Source of the DNA: Rhabdothermincola salaria
Lineage (GTDB): Bacteria; Actinomycetota; Acidimicrobiia; Acidimicrobiales; Acidimicrobilacustridaceae
Assembly: GCF_021246445.1 (NCBI RefSeq)
Contig: NZ_JAJQXW010000001.1
Coordinates: 434,001 to 498,000, forward strand
Length of the DNA stretch: 64,000 nt
Direction: 5' to 3'
The notes under the pieces were generated by a model that worked only from the letters and a program-made list of their open reading frames with translations, had not been told where the DNA came from and searched no databases. Made by a program: the position numbers and the translations under genes. Positions 39,260 through 49,653 of the stretch are shown one piece after another. Each line of letters begins with the position of its first letter. Position 1 is the stretch's first letter.

Positions 39260-40090
39260 TCAGGCGGCGTCGATGCGATCCGGGGCCTGGTCGCGCACGG
39301 CCGTGACGGCCCGCTTGACCAGGCGACGGGCGGCCTCGGCGGTGACGCCGAGCTCCTCGCCCACCTCGCGGTAGGAGCGCTTGCGCCCGTCGTTGAGGCC
39401 GAAGCGCTGCTCCACGGCGAAGCGCGCCCGGGCGTCGAGCACCGACAACAGGTCGGTGATCATCTGCTCTTCCTGGCGGTTCATCACGATCTGCTCGGGC
39501 CCCGGCAGGGCGTCGGGGAGCAGGTCGATGAGCTCGTTGGAATCGTCGTCGCCGATGGTGCGGTCGAGCGAGGTGGGGGTGGTCAGGCGGTGGAGGCGGG
39601 CGTGCTCGTCGTCGAGCTCGTCGCCGTCGCCGCTGACCTGGCGCAGCGCGGCGCGCAGGCTGGCCGAGCGGTCGCCCGGCAGGCGAACCAGGCTGGCCTT
39701 CTGGTCGAGGGCCCGGCCGATGGCCTGGCGGATCCAGAAGGTGGCGTAGGTGGAGAACTTGAAGCCCTTGCGCCAGTCGAACTTGTCGACGGCGTGCTCG
39801 AGGCCCAGGTTGCCCTCCTGGATGAGGTCGAGCAGCTCCATGCCCGGCGGGAGGGGGTAACGGCGCGCCACGCTGACGACCAGGCGCAGGTTGGCGCGGA
39901 TGAAGCGGTCCTTGGCGGCGGCGGCGGTGCGCACGGCTCGCTTGAGCTCGACGCCGGTCTCGCCCGCCTCGAGGAGGGCGGCCGCGTCACGTCCCTTTTC
40001 GATCACCTGGGACAGCTCTCGTTCCTCCTGGGCGGTGAGGAGGGGGACGAGGCCGATCTCGTTGAGGTACTGGCCGACGGAATCACTCAT
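39260..40090 (-). CDS. Group-2 (SigB/HrdD-like) sigma-70 factor
   Basis: YLNEIG..LLT..EE, ANLRLVVSVARRY, DLIQEGNLGL, KFDWRKGFKFSTYATFWIRQAI; no region 1.1. Confidence 0.9.
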   Translation of the reverse strand: MSDSVGQYLNEIGLVPLLTAQEERELSQVIEKGRDAAALLEAGETGVELKRAVRTAAAAKDRFIRANLRLVVSVARRYPLPPGMELLDLIQEGNLGLEHAVDKFDWRKGFKFSTYATFWIRQAIGRALDQKASLVRLPGDRSASLRAALRQVSGDGDELDDEHARLHRLTTPTSLDRTIGDDDSNELIDLLPDALPGPEQIVMNRQEEQMITDLLSVLDARARFAVEQRFGLNDGRKRSYREVGEELGVTAEAARRLVKRAVTAVRDQAPDRIDAA

Positions 40091-40197
40091 TGCTGCGCTG
40101 CTCCATCCGGGGTGGGGGAGAGACCCGTTCCCGGTAGCGTTGGGGGTGTTCGAGCTTCCCTCACGGCACATAAACCGGCGGGAAACTTCACAGGTGT

Positions 40198-40223
40198 AAC
40201 CACGGTGGGGGCCGGAAGATTCC
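40198..40223 (-). promoter_or_regulatory. SigR/SigH-type ECF promoter for the sigma factor gene
   Basis: Minus strand GGAAT-N18-GTT. Confidence 0.6.
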
Positions 40224-40232
40224 GGTTTCGGT

Positions 40233-40248
40233 GGTGACCCGCGTCACG
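40233..40248. promoter_or_regulatory. CRP/GlxR-like site
   Basis: gGTGA-cccgcg-TCACg, directly upstream of the ECF -35. Confidence 0.35.
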
Positions 40249-40348
40249 GGCGGGGCACGCTGGGGGTCGAACGCAACGGCGTGGCGGCGCTCGTGAAGGG
40301 GGGTCTGGGTGAACCTACCCCTCTCTACGGTCCCCGTAGACTTCCCGG

Positions 40349-40951
40349 ATGCCCCGCGACGCCGCCCGGGTGGGCCTGCTCGGGGGAACCTTCGATCCTC
40401 CCCACGTCGGCCACCTGGCCACCGGGGTCGAGGTCAGAGACGTCCTGGACCTCGACGCGGTGTGGCTGGTGGTGGCCAACGAGCCGTGGCAGAAGGTCGG
40501 GAGCCGTCCGATCACCCCGGCGGTGGATCGCCTGGCCATGGTGCAGGAGGCCACTCGTGACATCGTCGGCCTCGAGGCCTCGGGCGTCGAGATCGACCGG
40601 GGCGGGCCGTCGTACACGGTCGACACCCTGGTCGACCTTCGTCGTGCGCACCCCGAGGTCGAGTGGTTCGTCGTGCTCGGCGCCGATGCCGCCGCCGGCC
40701 TGCCGACCTGGGAGCGGGCCGGAGAGCTGGCCGACCTGGCCACCTTCGTGCTGGTCGACCGCCCCGGCCTGCCGAGCCCGGCGCCCCCTGCGGGGTGGCG
40801 GTTCGTGCACGTCTCGGTGCCCCGCCTCGACGTCTCGAGCTCGGAGCTGCGTGACCGGGTCCGCACCGGGCGCCCCCTCGACGTGCTGGTGCCGGCACCC
40901 GTGATCGCCTGCATCGAGGCCCGCCGCCTCTATGGTTGGGGGACGACATGA
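40349..40951 (+). CDS. nadD: Nicotinate-nucleotide adenylyltransferase
   Basis: GGTFDPPHVGH, PWQK, SYTVDTL, LGAD, VSSSELR. Confidence 0.95.
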   Translation: MPRDAARVGLLGGTFDPPHVGHLATGVEVRDVLDLDAVWLVVANEPWQKVGSRPITPAVDRLAMVQEATRDIVGLEASGVEIDRGGPSYTVDTLVDLRRAHPEVEWFVVLGADAAAGLPTWERAGELADLATFVLVDRPGLPSPAPPAGWRFVHVSVPRLDVSSSELRDRVRTGRPLDVLVPAPVIACIEARRLYGWGTT

Positions 40952-42291
40952 TCAGCTCGACGCACTCCCCGGCGACCGGAGCCGATGAAGGTTCGGCCGC
41001 CCGGAGCGGCGCAGGACCGGTCGACGACGGCCCCATCAGTCCCCGGTCCGAGGGGTCGAGACCCGGGCGTGCCCGGCGCCCCCGACACGCGGCCCCGACG
41101 TCGTCGCTGTTCTGGCGCTACGGCTTCCCCGGGCTCCTCGTCGTGTTGGTCCTCGCCATCCCGGTGCTGATCGTGATCGGCGCTCGGGTGGTGCTCGACA
41201 GCAGCGACGGGCGCCTGGTGAACCGCGTCACCGACCCCGCCGCCCCGGGATGGGAGGCCGTGCTCGACCCCACCCCGACCGAGCTCGTCCTCACCGTCGA
41301 CGCCGCCGGTGAGCTGGAATCGGTCGCGGTGCTGGTCCTCTCCGGCGAAGGCAGCGGGGCCGTGCTCCAGGTGCCCGCCGAGACCCTCGTCGACATGGGC
41401 CCCGACGTGGGTGAGGTGAGCCTCGCCTTCGGCTGGTTCGCCAACGGGGCCGACGGCGCTCGTGACATGACCGGGCGCCTCCTCGACCTGTCCTTCACCG
41501 ACACCCGGGTCCTGACCCCCGAGGACTGGGCCTCGGTCGTGGCTCCGGTCGCCCCCCTCACGGTCAACAGCCCCGACGCCGCCACCGGACCCGATGGGGT
41601 CGAGGTCTTCCCGCGAGGGTCCATCCAGCTCGAGGCGACCGAGGTGCCCGCGTACATGTCGGCCACGGGTCCGAGCGAGACCGACGTGGCCCGGCTGGTG
41701 CGAGTCGAGGCCCTCTGGCGCTCCTGGCTGAACGCGGTGGGCGTCGCCGGCATGGAGTCTGTACCCCAACCCCTCGACCAGGGCCTCGGGCTCTTCGTCG
41801 GGACGCTGGGCGCCGAGCAGGTGCGCTTCGTCACTCTCCCGGTGGCCGACGTGGGCGAGGAGGGCGTCGAGGTCTACCGGGCCGAGCCCGAGGACGTGGC
41901 GCGCGTCGTCGGCGAGCTGGTGCCCTTCCCGGAGGGGCCACCCGGCACCCGCCCCTCCGCCCGGGTGCTCGACGGCACCGGGCAGCTCGACCGCGGCGTG
42001 TCCGCCGCCATCGTGATCGGGGCGGCCGGCGGTCAGGTGCGGGTGATCGGCAACGCCGAGGACTTCGACATCGAGACCACCGAGATCGTGTACTACGACG
42101 ACAGCCAGCAGGCCGCCGCCGAGGCCGTCCGCGACGCCCTCGGTGTCGGTGAGGTCATCCGCAGCGAGCAGAAGAGCCCGGTCGACGTCACGGTGGTCCT
42201 CGGCGCCGACGCCCTCTCGGTGCCCGCCCTCGCCCCGGCACCGTCCACGGTGCCCGGCGTTCCCCTACCCGAGGAAGACCCCGGTGCCTGA
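40948..42291 (+). CDS. Membrane protein with LCP-like and LytR C-terminal domains
   Basis: One TM; C-terminal RVLDGTG...IGNA...T.I.YY...DVTVVLGAD; located between nadD and rsfS. Confidence 0.75.
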   Translation: MISSTHSPATGADEGSAARSGAGPVDDGPISPRSEGSRPGRARRPRHAAPTSSLFWRYGFPGLLVVLVLAIPVLIVIGARVVLDSSDGRLVNRVTDPAAPGWEAVLDPTPTELVLTVDAAGELESVAVLVLSGEGSGAVLQVPAETLVDMGPDVGEVSLAFGWFANGADGARDMTGRLLDLSFTDTRVLTPEDWASVVAPVAPLTVNSPDAATGPDGVEVFPRGSIQLEATEVPAYMSATGPSETDVARLVRVEALWRSWLNAVGVAGMESVPQPLDQGLGLFVGTLGAEQVRFVTLPVADVGEEGVEVYRAEPEDVARVVGELVPFPEGPPGTRPSARVLDGTGQLDRGVSAAIVIGAAGGQVRVIGNAEDFDIETTEIVYYDDSQQAAAEAVRDALGVGEVIRSEQKSPVDVTVVLGADALSVPALAPAPSTVPGVPLPEEDPGA

Positions 42292-42703
42292 CCCCAAGCG
42301 CTCCTCCGACGACGACGGCGCCCGCGCCGAGTCCGACTCCCTGCGGTGGGTGGCCCTCGCGGCCCGGGCCGCCGCATCCAAGACCGACGCCGCCAAGGCC
42401 GCCGAGTCGACGGTCGTGCTCGACGTGGGCGACGTGCTCGCCGTCACCGGCTGGTTCGTCATCGCCAGCGGTTCCAACACCCGGGCGGTGCGCACCATCG
42501 CCGAAGAGGTCGAGGAGCACATCACCGCCGAGGGCGGCCCCAAGCCGCTGCGGGTCGAGGGCCTCGACCAACGGCGGTGGGTGCTGCTCGACTACGGCGA
42601 CTTCGTGGTCCACGTGTTCCTCGACGAGGAGCGCGACTACTACGACCTCGAGCGGCTCTGGAGCGACGTGCCTCGGGTCGACTGGCAGGCGCTCGTCGCC
42701 TGA
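42284..42703 (+). CDS. rsfS: Ribosome silencing factor
   Basis: FVIASGSN, WVLLDYGDFVVHVF, RDYYDLERLW. Confidence 0.95.
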   Translation: MPDPKRSSDDDGARAESDSLRWVALAARAAASKTDAAKAAESTVVLDVGDVLAVTGWFVIASGSNTRAVRTIAEEVEEHITAEGGPKPLRVEGLDQRRWVLLDYGDFVVHVFLDEERDYYDLERLWSDVPRVDWQALVA

Positions 42704-42927
42704 GCTCCCACGAACGTTCCTGGACAGAGCACGAGCGTCGCCCGCCATGGGGGACAGGCGAGAGTGGCGGTCGGCGGGCTCGTGTTCGGGGAGGCCCTGA
42801 CCCGTCGGCGCCGGCGTCCGGTGGCTCGTTCCCGGCGGCCCGGTGGGCCGGTGACGACCGCCGACCCGTGGCCGGCGACCGTGCCGCCACCCGTACGGTC
42901 GGAGTGTGGCGAATCGACTCGACGGAG

Positions 42928-43000
42928 TGGAGCTAAGGAGAATCGAACTCCTGACCTCTTCCATGCCATGGAAGCGCTCTACCAACTGAGCTATAGCCCC
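42928..43000 (-). tRNA. tRNA-Ala (GGC); CCA not encoded
   Basis: GGGGCTATAGCTCAGTTGGTAGAGCG CTTCC-ATGGCAT-GGAAG...GTTCGATT...TAGCTCCA; G3-U70 pair. Confidence 0.97.
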
Positions 43001-43116
43001 GTAAGAGTCGCTGACTTTATCCGCCCCTCAACCGGGAGCAAAATCGCCCCGGGGGCGGTCTGACGGTCGGGCGTCACGCCAGGGCCCCGATGGGGCTCGC
43101 GTAGCATGTCGCCCCT

Positions 43117-45588
43117 ATGGCTGACGGCTACGACCCCCAGGCGATCGAGGCGAAGTGGCAGGCCTGGTGGGCCGAGCACGGCACCTACGAGGTGGACAAC
43201 GACGACCCCCGACCGCACTGGTACACGCTGTGCATGTACCCGTACCCCAGCGGGGCGGCGCACATGGGGCACGTGCGCAACTACACGTTCGGCGACCTCA
43301 TCGTGCGCTACCGCACCATGAAGGGCCACGCCGTGCTGTCGCCCATGGGCTTCGACAGCTTCGGGCTCCCGGCCGAGAACGCCGCCATCAAGACCGGTCG
43401 CCACCCTCGAGAGTTCACCGACGAGCGCATCGAGCAGCTGCGCAGCTCGATCATGCGCATCGGGGCGGTCTACGACTGGCGTCGGCTGGTGACCAGCCAC
43501 GATCCGGCCTACCAGCGCTGGACCCAGTGGATCTTCCTGCGGTTCCTGGAGGCCGGGCTGGCCTATCGCCGCAACGCCCCGGTGAACTGGTGCCCGGGCT
43601 GCCAGACGGTGTTGGCCAACGAGCAGGTGCTGGCCGACGGGACGTGCGAGCGGTCCGGGGACCTCGTCGACAAGCGCGACCTCGAGCAGTGGTTCTTCAA
43701 GATCACCGACTACGCCGACCAGCTGCTCGACGACATCGACGACCTCGACTGGCCCGAGCGGGTCAAGGTCATGCAGCGCAACTGGATCGGTCGCTCCGAG
43801 GGCGCCGAGTTCGAGATGGCGGTCACCGATGCCGACGGCGTGCCCCGCCCCGACGGGGCCACCGTGCGGGTGTTCACCACCCGTCCCGACACCAGCTTCG
43901 GCATGACCTACGCGGTGATGGCGCCCGAGCACCCGCTGGTGGACTCCATCGTCGCCGACGACCGGCGCGCCGACGTCGAGGCGTTCGTGGCCACCGCTCG
44001 CCAGGCCAGCGACGTCGAGCGCATGTCGTCGGAAGGCGCCCTCGACAAGCGGGGCATCTTCACCGGCGCCCACGTGCGCAACCCGTTCACCGGCCGGCCG
44101 GTGCCGCTCTACCTGGCCGACTACGTGCTCATGGGCTACGGCACCGGGGCCATCATGGCCGTGCCGGCCGAGGACCAACGGGACTGGGACTTCGCCACCG
44201 TGCACGGCCTGCCCATCGTGCGCACCATCCAGCCCCCCGACGGCTGGGAGGGCGAGGCCTACACCGGCGACGGGATCCACATCAACAGCGGCTTCCTCAA
44301 CGGCATGGGCAAGGACGAGTCCATCGCCGCCGCCATCACCTTCCTCGAAGGCGAAGGCATCGGCGAGGGCCGGGTCAACTACCGCCTCCGCGACTGGCTG
44401 GTCAGCCGGCAACGCTTCTGGGGTTGCCCGATCCCCATCATCTACTGCGACACCTGCGGCATCGTTCCCGTGCCCGACGACCAGCTCCCCGTGCTGGCTC
44501 CCGACGACGTGCAGTTCCTCCCCACCGGTGAGTCGCCGCTGCGCAGCAACGAGGGCTTCCTGCACACCACCTGTCCCACGTGCCAGGGCCCCGCCACCCG
44601 TGAGACCGACACCATGGACACGTTCGTCGACTCGTCGTGGTACTTCCTGCGCTTCACCGACCCGTGGAACACCGAGGCGCCGTTCGGCCTCGACGCGGCC
44701 GCATCGTGGATGCCCGTCGACCAGTACATCGGCGGGGTGGAGCACGCCATCTTGCACCTGATGTACGCCCGCTTCTTCACCAAGGCCCTCGCCGACCTCG
44801 GGGTCGCTCCCAAGGAGATGCGCGAGCCCTTCTCCCGCCTGTTCACCCAGGGCATGATCCGCCTCGGCGGCGACAAGATGTCCAAGTCCAAGGGCAACCT
44901 GGTCGCCCCCGAGGAGATCCTCGAGCGCGACGGGGCTGACGCCCTGCGCCTGGCTCACCTGTTCGTCGGCCCCCCGCAGGACGACGTCGACTGGGAGGGC
45001 GTGGGCATCGACGGGTGCGCCCGCTTCCTGCACCGCGTGTGGCGGCTGGCCGCGGGAGAAGCCGGCAACCCGGCGGTCGAGCGTCCGGCCACCGATGCCG
45101 ACGTGGCCATCGACCGGGCCGCCAACCGGTTGATCGCCAAGGTCGACGACGACTACGAGCGGTGGTCCTACAACACCGCGGTGGCGGCGTTCATGGAGTT
45201 CACCAACGAGCTCTACCGCTACGCCCAGGCGCCCGAGGGTCCACGCGTCCAGACGTTGGCCGCTGCGCTCGACACCCTGCTGTTGCTCATGGCGCCGATG
45301 GCCCCGCACCTGACCGCCGAGCTCTGGGAGCGACGCCACGGGGGGCACGTGCACGAAGAGCCCTGGCCCGAGGCCGACCCGGCCCTGCTGGTGGTGGACA
45401 CCGTCACCATGGTCGTGCAGGTCAACGGCAAGGTCCGAGACCGTCTCGAGGTGCCGTCCGGCATCGACGCCGCCGAGGCCGAGCGCCTCGCTCTGGGCAG
45501 CGACAAGGTGCAGGGGTTCCTGGGCGGGAAGCCGCCCCGCAAGGTGATCGCCCGCCCTCCCCAGCTGGTCAACCTCGTCGCCGGCTGA
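43117..45588 (+). CDS. leuS: Leucine--tRNA ligase
   Basis: [47 protein letters not shown]. Confidence 0.98.
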   Translation: MADGYDPQAIEAKWQAWWAEHGTYEVDNDDPRPHWYTLCMYPYPSGAAHMGHVRNYTFGDLIVRYRTMKGHAVLSPMGFDSFGLPAENAAIKTGRHPREFTDERIEQLRSSIMRIGAVYDWRRLVTSHDPAYQRWTQWIFLRFLEAGLAYRRNAPVNWCPGCQTVLANEQVLADGTCERSGDLVDKRDLEQWFFKITDYADQLLDDIDDLDWPERVKVMQRNWIGRSEGAEFEMAVTDADGVPRPDGATVRVFTTRPDTSFGMTYAVMAPEHPLVDSIVADDRRADVEAFVATARQASDVERMSSEGALDKRGIFTGAHVRNPFTGRPVPLYLADYVLMGYGTGAIMAVPAEDQRDWDFATVHGLPIVRTIQPPDGWEGEAYTGDGIHINSGFLNGMGKDESIAAAITFLEGEGIGEGRVNYRLRDWLVSRQRFWGCPIPIIYCDTCGIVPVPDDQLPVLAPDDVQFLPTGESPLRSNEGFLHTTCPTCQGPATRETDTMDTFVDSSWYFLRFTDPWNTEAPFGLDAAASWMPVDQYIGGVEHAILHLMYARFFTKALADLGVAPKEMREPFSRLFTQGMIRLGGDKMSKSKGNLVAPEEILERDGADALRLAHLFVGPPQDDVDWEGVGIDGCARFLHRVWRLAAGEAGNPAVERPATDADVAIDRAANRLIAKVDDDYERWSYNTAVAAFMEFTNELYRYAQAPEGPRVQTLAAALDTLLLLMAPMAPHLTAELWERRHGGHVHEEPWPEADPALLVVDTVTMVVQVNGKVRDRLEVPSGIDAAEAERLALGSDKVQGFLGGKPPRKVIARPPQLVNLVAG

Positions 45589-46443
45589 CTACTGGTCGCG
45601 GAGGAAGCGCTCGACCTCGGCGGCGAGGTCGTCGCCCGTGGGCAGGGGTCCGTCGCCGACGGAGTCGAGGGCGTCGAACTGGACTTCGAGCTGTTGCACC
45701 ATGCCCACGTGCTCCTCGCTGTTGGCCACCAGCGAGTCGAGGCGCTCGCGGGTGCCGGCGGCGTCGTCGCGCAACGACCCCATGGGGAAGCGCAGCCCGC
45801 CGATGGTCCACAGACCGTCGACGAGAGCCACCGCCCCCGCCGGGAACGGCATGGTGGCGGCGTAGTGGGGCACCTGGGCCCACAGGCCGACCGCCGGGAG
45901 ACCGACCTCGGAGCACTGCGTCTCGACGGCGGCGTGCACGCCCGCCGGGACGTCGATGCGACCGTGGGTGACGCCGACGCGGTGGGCCAGGTCGGGATCG
46001 GTGGAGGTCGAGACCAGCCGGGTGGGGCGGGTGTGGGGGACGGGGGCGGGGTAGGCGCCGAGACCGAGGACCATGCGGGTGTCGAACTCGAGGGCCAGGT
46101 CGACCACCGCGGTGGAGAAGGCCTGCCACCGGTGGTCGGGTTCGGCGCCGACGAGGAACAGCACGTCGTTGCCGTCGAGGTCCGAGGCCACCCGCAGCTC
46201 GATGGTCGGCCACGTGAGCCCGGTGTTGACGCCGTCGACCAGGTGCATGGTGGGACGGCGCGAGCGGTGGTCGAGGAGCCGGTCGGCGTCGAAGACGGCC
46301 ACCGTCTCGGTGTCGAGGTCCTCCATGACCGTGCCGAGCGCGTTGGTGGCGGCCAGACCGGCATCGATCCAGCCGTCGAGGCCGAGCACGAGGACGGGTT
46401 CGTCGAGGTCGGGTCGGCTGTGGAGTTCGAAGAGGTCGGTCAC
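45589..46443 (-). CDS. PAC2 family (proteasome assembly chaperone-like) protein
   Basis: GWIDAG, DHRSRRP, GAEPDHRW, VPHTRP, WAQVPHY, AEVERFL. Confidence 0.9.
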   Translation of the reverse strand: MTDLFELHSRPDLDEPVLVLGLDGWIDAGLAATNALGTVMEDLDTETVAVFDADRLLDHRSRRPTMHLVDGVNTGLTWPTIELRVASDLDGNDVLFLVGAEPDHRWQAFSTAVVDLALEFDTRMVLGLGAYPAPVPHTRPTRLVSTSTDPDLAHRVGVTHGRIDVPAGVHAAVETQCSEVGLPAVGLWAQVPHYAATMPFPAGAVALVDGLWTIGGLRFPMGSLRDDAAGTRERLDSLVANSEEHVGMVQQLEVQFDALDSVGDGPLPTGDDLAAEVERFLRDQ

Positions 46444-46537
46444 TGCGGTCCACCCTCCCACGTCCGGGGGCCCGGCGTCTCCCCGCCGGGAGGGCCGGTG
46501 GGGGTCACCTGGGGGTCACGTGGGGGCCATGTCGCGG

Positions 46538-47488
46538 TCACGTCGGGGTGGCATCGGCGGCGCCGAGGACGCGGATGCCGCTGTCGGAGGCGCTCAGGCC
46601 TCGCCCGGTGAGGGCACCGGCCAGCTCGGTGAAGCGTCCGGCCGTCCCGTCGGGCTCGGTGACGTCGATGACCACGTCGGTGGCGTCGCGACGCACCGTG
46701 AGGCGGGCGTCGTCGGCCATCCGGGTGGCGGCGGCCAGCAGCTCCTGGGTGCTGCGCAGCACGGCCAGAGCGGCAGCTCCCTCGAGCACCCGGTCGAGCT
46801 CCCAGTCGACGGCGACGTCGACGCCGGCCTCCTCGCGCAGGGCGGCGACGTCGACGTCGATCGCGGCGCGCAGGGGATCGCCCCCGTCGTCGAAGGTCTC
46901 CGCGGTGGGGTCGGCGCTCACGCTGGTGTGCCAGGTGCGCCGTGTGCGGGCCAGCTCCAGCGCCCACAGGGTGTCCGGCCCGGGGCCGCCGTCGAAGCCC
47001 TCGTCCGCCCCACTGCGCGCAGGCTCGCCACGGGCTGGGGTCTCGTCGCCGTCGACGACGTCGGTGAGGGTGGGGGCGTCGGCTCGTTCGAGCATCAGCT
47101 CGACGAGGCGGGCCTCGGCGACGCTGACGCGCTCCTCGGCTTCGCTGACCCGCTGCTCGGCGGTCTGGAGATCGTGGCCTGCCTCGGTGAGCTGCTCCTC
47201 GGCCTCGATGCGGGCGGCGTCGGCGGCCGCGGCGGTGGTCCGGGACTCGTCGAGCTCGGACCGCAGCCGCTCGAGGTCGCGGTGGGCCTCGTCGAGCTCG
47301 CCGCGGGCCGCGGCCAGGTCCGACTCGGCGGCCGTGCGGGCCGCGTCAGAGGCGCCCAGCTGCTCCTCGAGCTGCTCCACCGAGGCGCGAGCGGCGGTGA
47401 GGTCCTGGGCGGTGCGGTTGCCGCGGGCGGCCAGCCAGACGCAGGCGATCACGGCGAGGGCGAGGCAGACGGCGAGAACGGCGATCAC
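46538..47488 (-). CDS. Hypothetical membrane-anchored coiled-coil protein
   Basis: N-terminal TM, long heptad region, C-terminal alpha/beta domain; GTG 7 nt after TACTCT. Confidence 0.7.
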   Translation of the reverse strand: MIAVLAVCLALAVIACVWLAARGNRTAQDLTAARASVEQLEEQLGASDAARTAAESDLAAARGELDEAHRDLERLRSELDESRTTAAAADAARIEAEEQLTEAGHDLQTAEQRVSEAEERVSVAEARLVELMLERADAPTLTDVVDGDETPARGEPARSGADEGFDGGPGPDTLWALELARTRRTWHTSVSADPTAETFDDGGDPLRAAIDVDVAALREEAGVDVAVDWELDRVLEGAAALAVLRSTQELLAAATRMADDARLTVRRDATDVVIDVTEPDGTAGRFTELAGALTGRGLSASDSGIRVLGAADATPT

Positions 47489-47567
47489 GAGGCGCAGAGT
47501 AGTGAGGCCCGGAGCATTGCGAGACCACCCGGGTCGAGCTTCTCGACCCGCCGTCGAGCCGTCGGCC

Positions 47568-48608
47568 TCAGCCGAGGCCGTCGAGGGTGGCCTTGGCCGC
47601 CTCGGCCAGCGCCTCGACCTGCTGGCCGAACACGTCGAACTCACCGGCCTCGCCCCGGTCGCCCATGGCGCCGGCCGAGTAGCGGGCGTACACGCCCTGG
47701 AGGATGCAGGCCAGCTTCCAGTAGCCGAAGGCCGTGTAGTAGCCGACCATCGAGACGTCGCGCCCGGTGAGGGCGGCGTAGCGCTCGACCAGCTCGGCCT
47801 TGGTGACGAACCCCTCGACCGTGGTCGCCGCCGGGAGCCCCGAGAGTGTGGGCTCGCCGGGGTCGGCCCAGTACACGCAGAGCAGGCCGAGGTCGGCGAG
47901 GGGGTCGCCCAGGGTGCACAGCTCCCAGTCGAGGACGGCCACCACCGATCCGTCGGCGGCGAGCATGCAGTTGTCGAGGCGGTAGTCGCCGTGGACGATG
48001 GTGGCCGGCCCCTGGTCGGGGACAGCGCCGGCCAGGCGGGCGTGGACCTCGTCGACGACCGGGAGGTCACGGGTGCGTGAGCTCTCCCACTGGCCGTGCC
48101 AGCGCTTCAGCTGCCGTTCGAGGTAGGCCTCCTTGCGGCCCAGGTCGCCCAGGCCCACGGCGTCGACGTCGACGTCGTGGATGGCGGCCAGGACCTCCAC
48201 CAGCGACTCGCCGGCCCGCCGGCGCTGGTCGAGGTCGAGCAGCTCGGCCTCGGGGACGTCGCGCACGACGGTGCCGTCGACGAAGTCCATGACGTAGAAC
48301 GGGGCGCCGTTCACCTCGTCGTCGGCGCACAGACCGACCACGGGAGGCACCGGCACGTGCCCGGCCAGTGCCGAGATGATGCGGTGCTCGCGGCCCATGT
48401 CGTGGGCGGTGGCCAGCACCAGCCCGAGCGGCGGGCGGCGCAGCACCCACCGGCGCCCGGCGGTGTCGGTGACCCGGTAGGTCAGGTTCGAGTGACCTCC
48501 GGCGATGAGATCGAAGCGCAGCGGAGGGGCGATCTCGGGGACCCGGGCCGCCAGCCAGGCCGTCACGCGTTCGGCGTCGATGCCCTCGACGGGCGCGGTG
48601 TCGGTCAC
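47568..48608 (-). CDS. Phosphotransferase (APH/ACAD10-like) family protein
   Basis: GGHSNLTY, VLRRPP, AHDMGRE, HGDYRLDN, VLDWELCTLGDPLADL. Confidence 0.92.
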   Translation of the reverse strand: MTDTAPVEGIDAERVTAWLAARVPEIAPPLRFDLIAGGHSNLTYRVTDTAGRRWVLRRPPLGLVLATAHDMGREHRIISALAGHVPVPPVVGLCADDEVNGAPFYVMDFVDGTVVRDVPEAELLDLDQRRRAGESLVEVLAAIHDVDVDAVGLGDLGRKEAYLERQLKRWHGQWESSRTRDLPVVDEVHARLAGAVPDQGPATIVHGDYRLDNCMLAADGSVVAVLDWELCTLGDPLADLGLLCVYWADPGEPTLSGLPAATTVEGFVTKAELVERYAALTGRDVSMVGYYTAFGYWKLACILQGVYARYSAGAMGDRGEAGEFDVFGQQVEALAEAAKATLDGLG

Positions 48609-48721
48609 GGTTCCCTCTCGTTCCCCATCGTTCGGTCCGAGCCGTCACGCTACCGGTGCCGCCGTGGGCGCTCGGCCTGGCACCGCGCGGTCCCTCGACC
48701 CGCGATCCCTATCCTGGGCTC

Positions 48722-49435
48722 GTGACTGTCATCGATGTGACCGACGCGACCTTCCAGACCGAGGTCCTCGACCGTTCCCAGACCACCCCGGTGGTGGTCG
48801 ACCTCTGGGCCCCCTGGTGCGGGCCGTGCAAGACGCTCGGGCCGCTGCTCGAGAGCGTGGTGGGGGCGACCGAGGGGCGGGTCGTGCTGGCCAAGGTCAA
48901 CGTCGACGACAACCCGGCGACCTCGCAGGCCTTCCGGGTGCAGAGCATCCCTGCGGTCTACGCGGTGAGCGGCGGCCAGGTCGTCGACGGCTTCGTCGGC
49001 GCCCAGGGTCCCGACGAGGTGCAGGCGTTCGTCGACAAGCTCGGCGGGGGCGGCGAACCGAGCGAGATCGACCTGCTGCGTGAGGCCGGCGACGAGGCGT
49101 CCCTGCGCCAGGCGCTCGAGCTCGAGCCGGACAACCCCGACGTCATCGCCGACCTGGCCGAGCTGCTGGTGGGCGACGAGCGTCGCGACGAGGCGCTGGA
49201 GCTGTTGGCTCGGGTGCCCGAGACCCCCGCCATCCGTCGCGTCGCCGCCCTGGCTCGCAGCGGTGGCGACTTCGCGTCGGAGGCCGAGGTCGAGGCCAAG
49301 CTCGTCGAGCTGCTCGACCGGGTCAAGGACGACGACGCGGCCCGCCAGGAGTACGTCGACCTCCTCGAGCTGCTCGGGCCCGACGACCCCCGCACCGCGA
49401 CGTACCGCAAGAAGCTCACCACCCGTCTGTTCTGA
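48722..49435 (+). CDS. Thioredoxin-TPR chaperedoxin (YbbN/CnoX-like)
   Basis: WAPWCGPCK, VQSIP, C-terminal helical domain ending YRKKLTTRLF. Confidence 0.9.
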   Translation: MTVIDVTDATFQTEVLDRSQTTPVVVDLWAPWCGPCKTLGPLLESVVGATEGRVVLAKVNVDDNPATSQAFRVQSIPAVYAVSGGQVVDGFVGAQGPDEVQAFVDKLGGGGEPSEIDLLREAGDEASLRQALELEPDNPDVIADLAELLVGDERRDEALELLARVPETPAIRRVAALARSGGDFASEAEVEAKLVELLDRVKDDDAARQEYVDLLELLGPDDPRTATYRKKLTTRLF

Positions 49436-49653
49436 GCCGGTCGATCCCGGTCTCGGCCGCCGACCCGGTCCCGGTCCCGGGGCGTGGCCGGGCCACCCGG
49501 GGCCGGTCAGCCCCCCTTCCCCCTCGGCGTCGGGCGTTCTAGGCTCGGGGCGCCCTCCGGTCGGACCCGGTCGGGTGCCCAGCACGTCACTTCCCCCGAC
49601 GACGGCCCGATGGCGCGCACCAGCGCGACGTCACGGTTTCGTAGGGGTCTCGG

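Noticed and set aside
40254..40268. ggcACGCTGGGggtc as a third BldD-like box
   Set aside because: Core mismatch and poor symmetry
42704..42927. Integrative element at the tRNA-Ala 3' end
   Set aside because: No integrase and no duplicated tRNA 3' end seen; flanks are core genes
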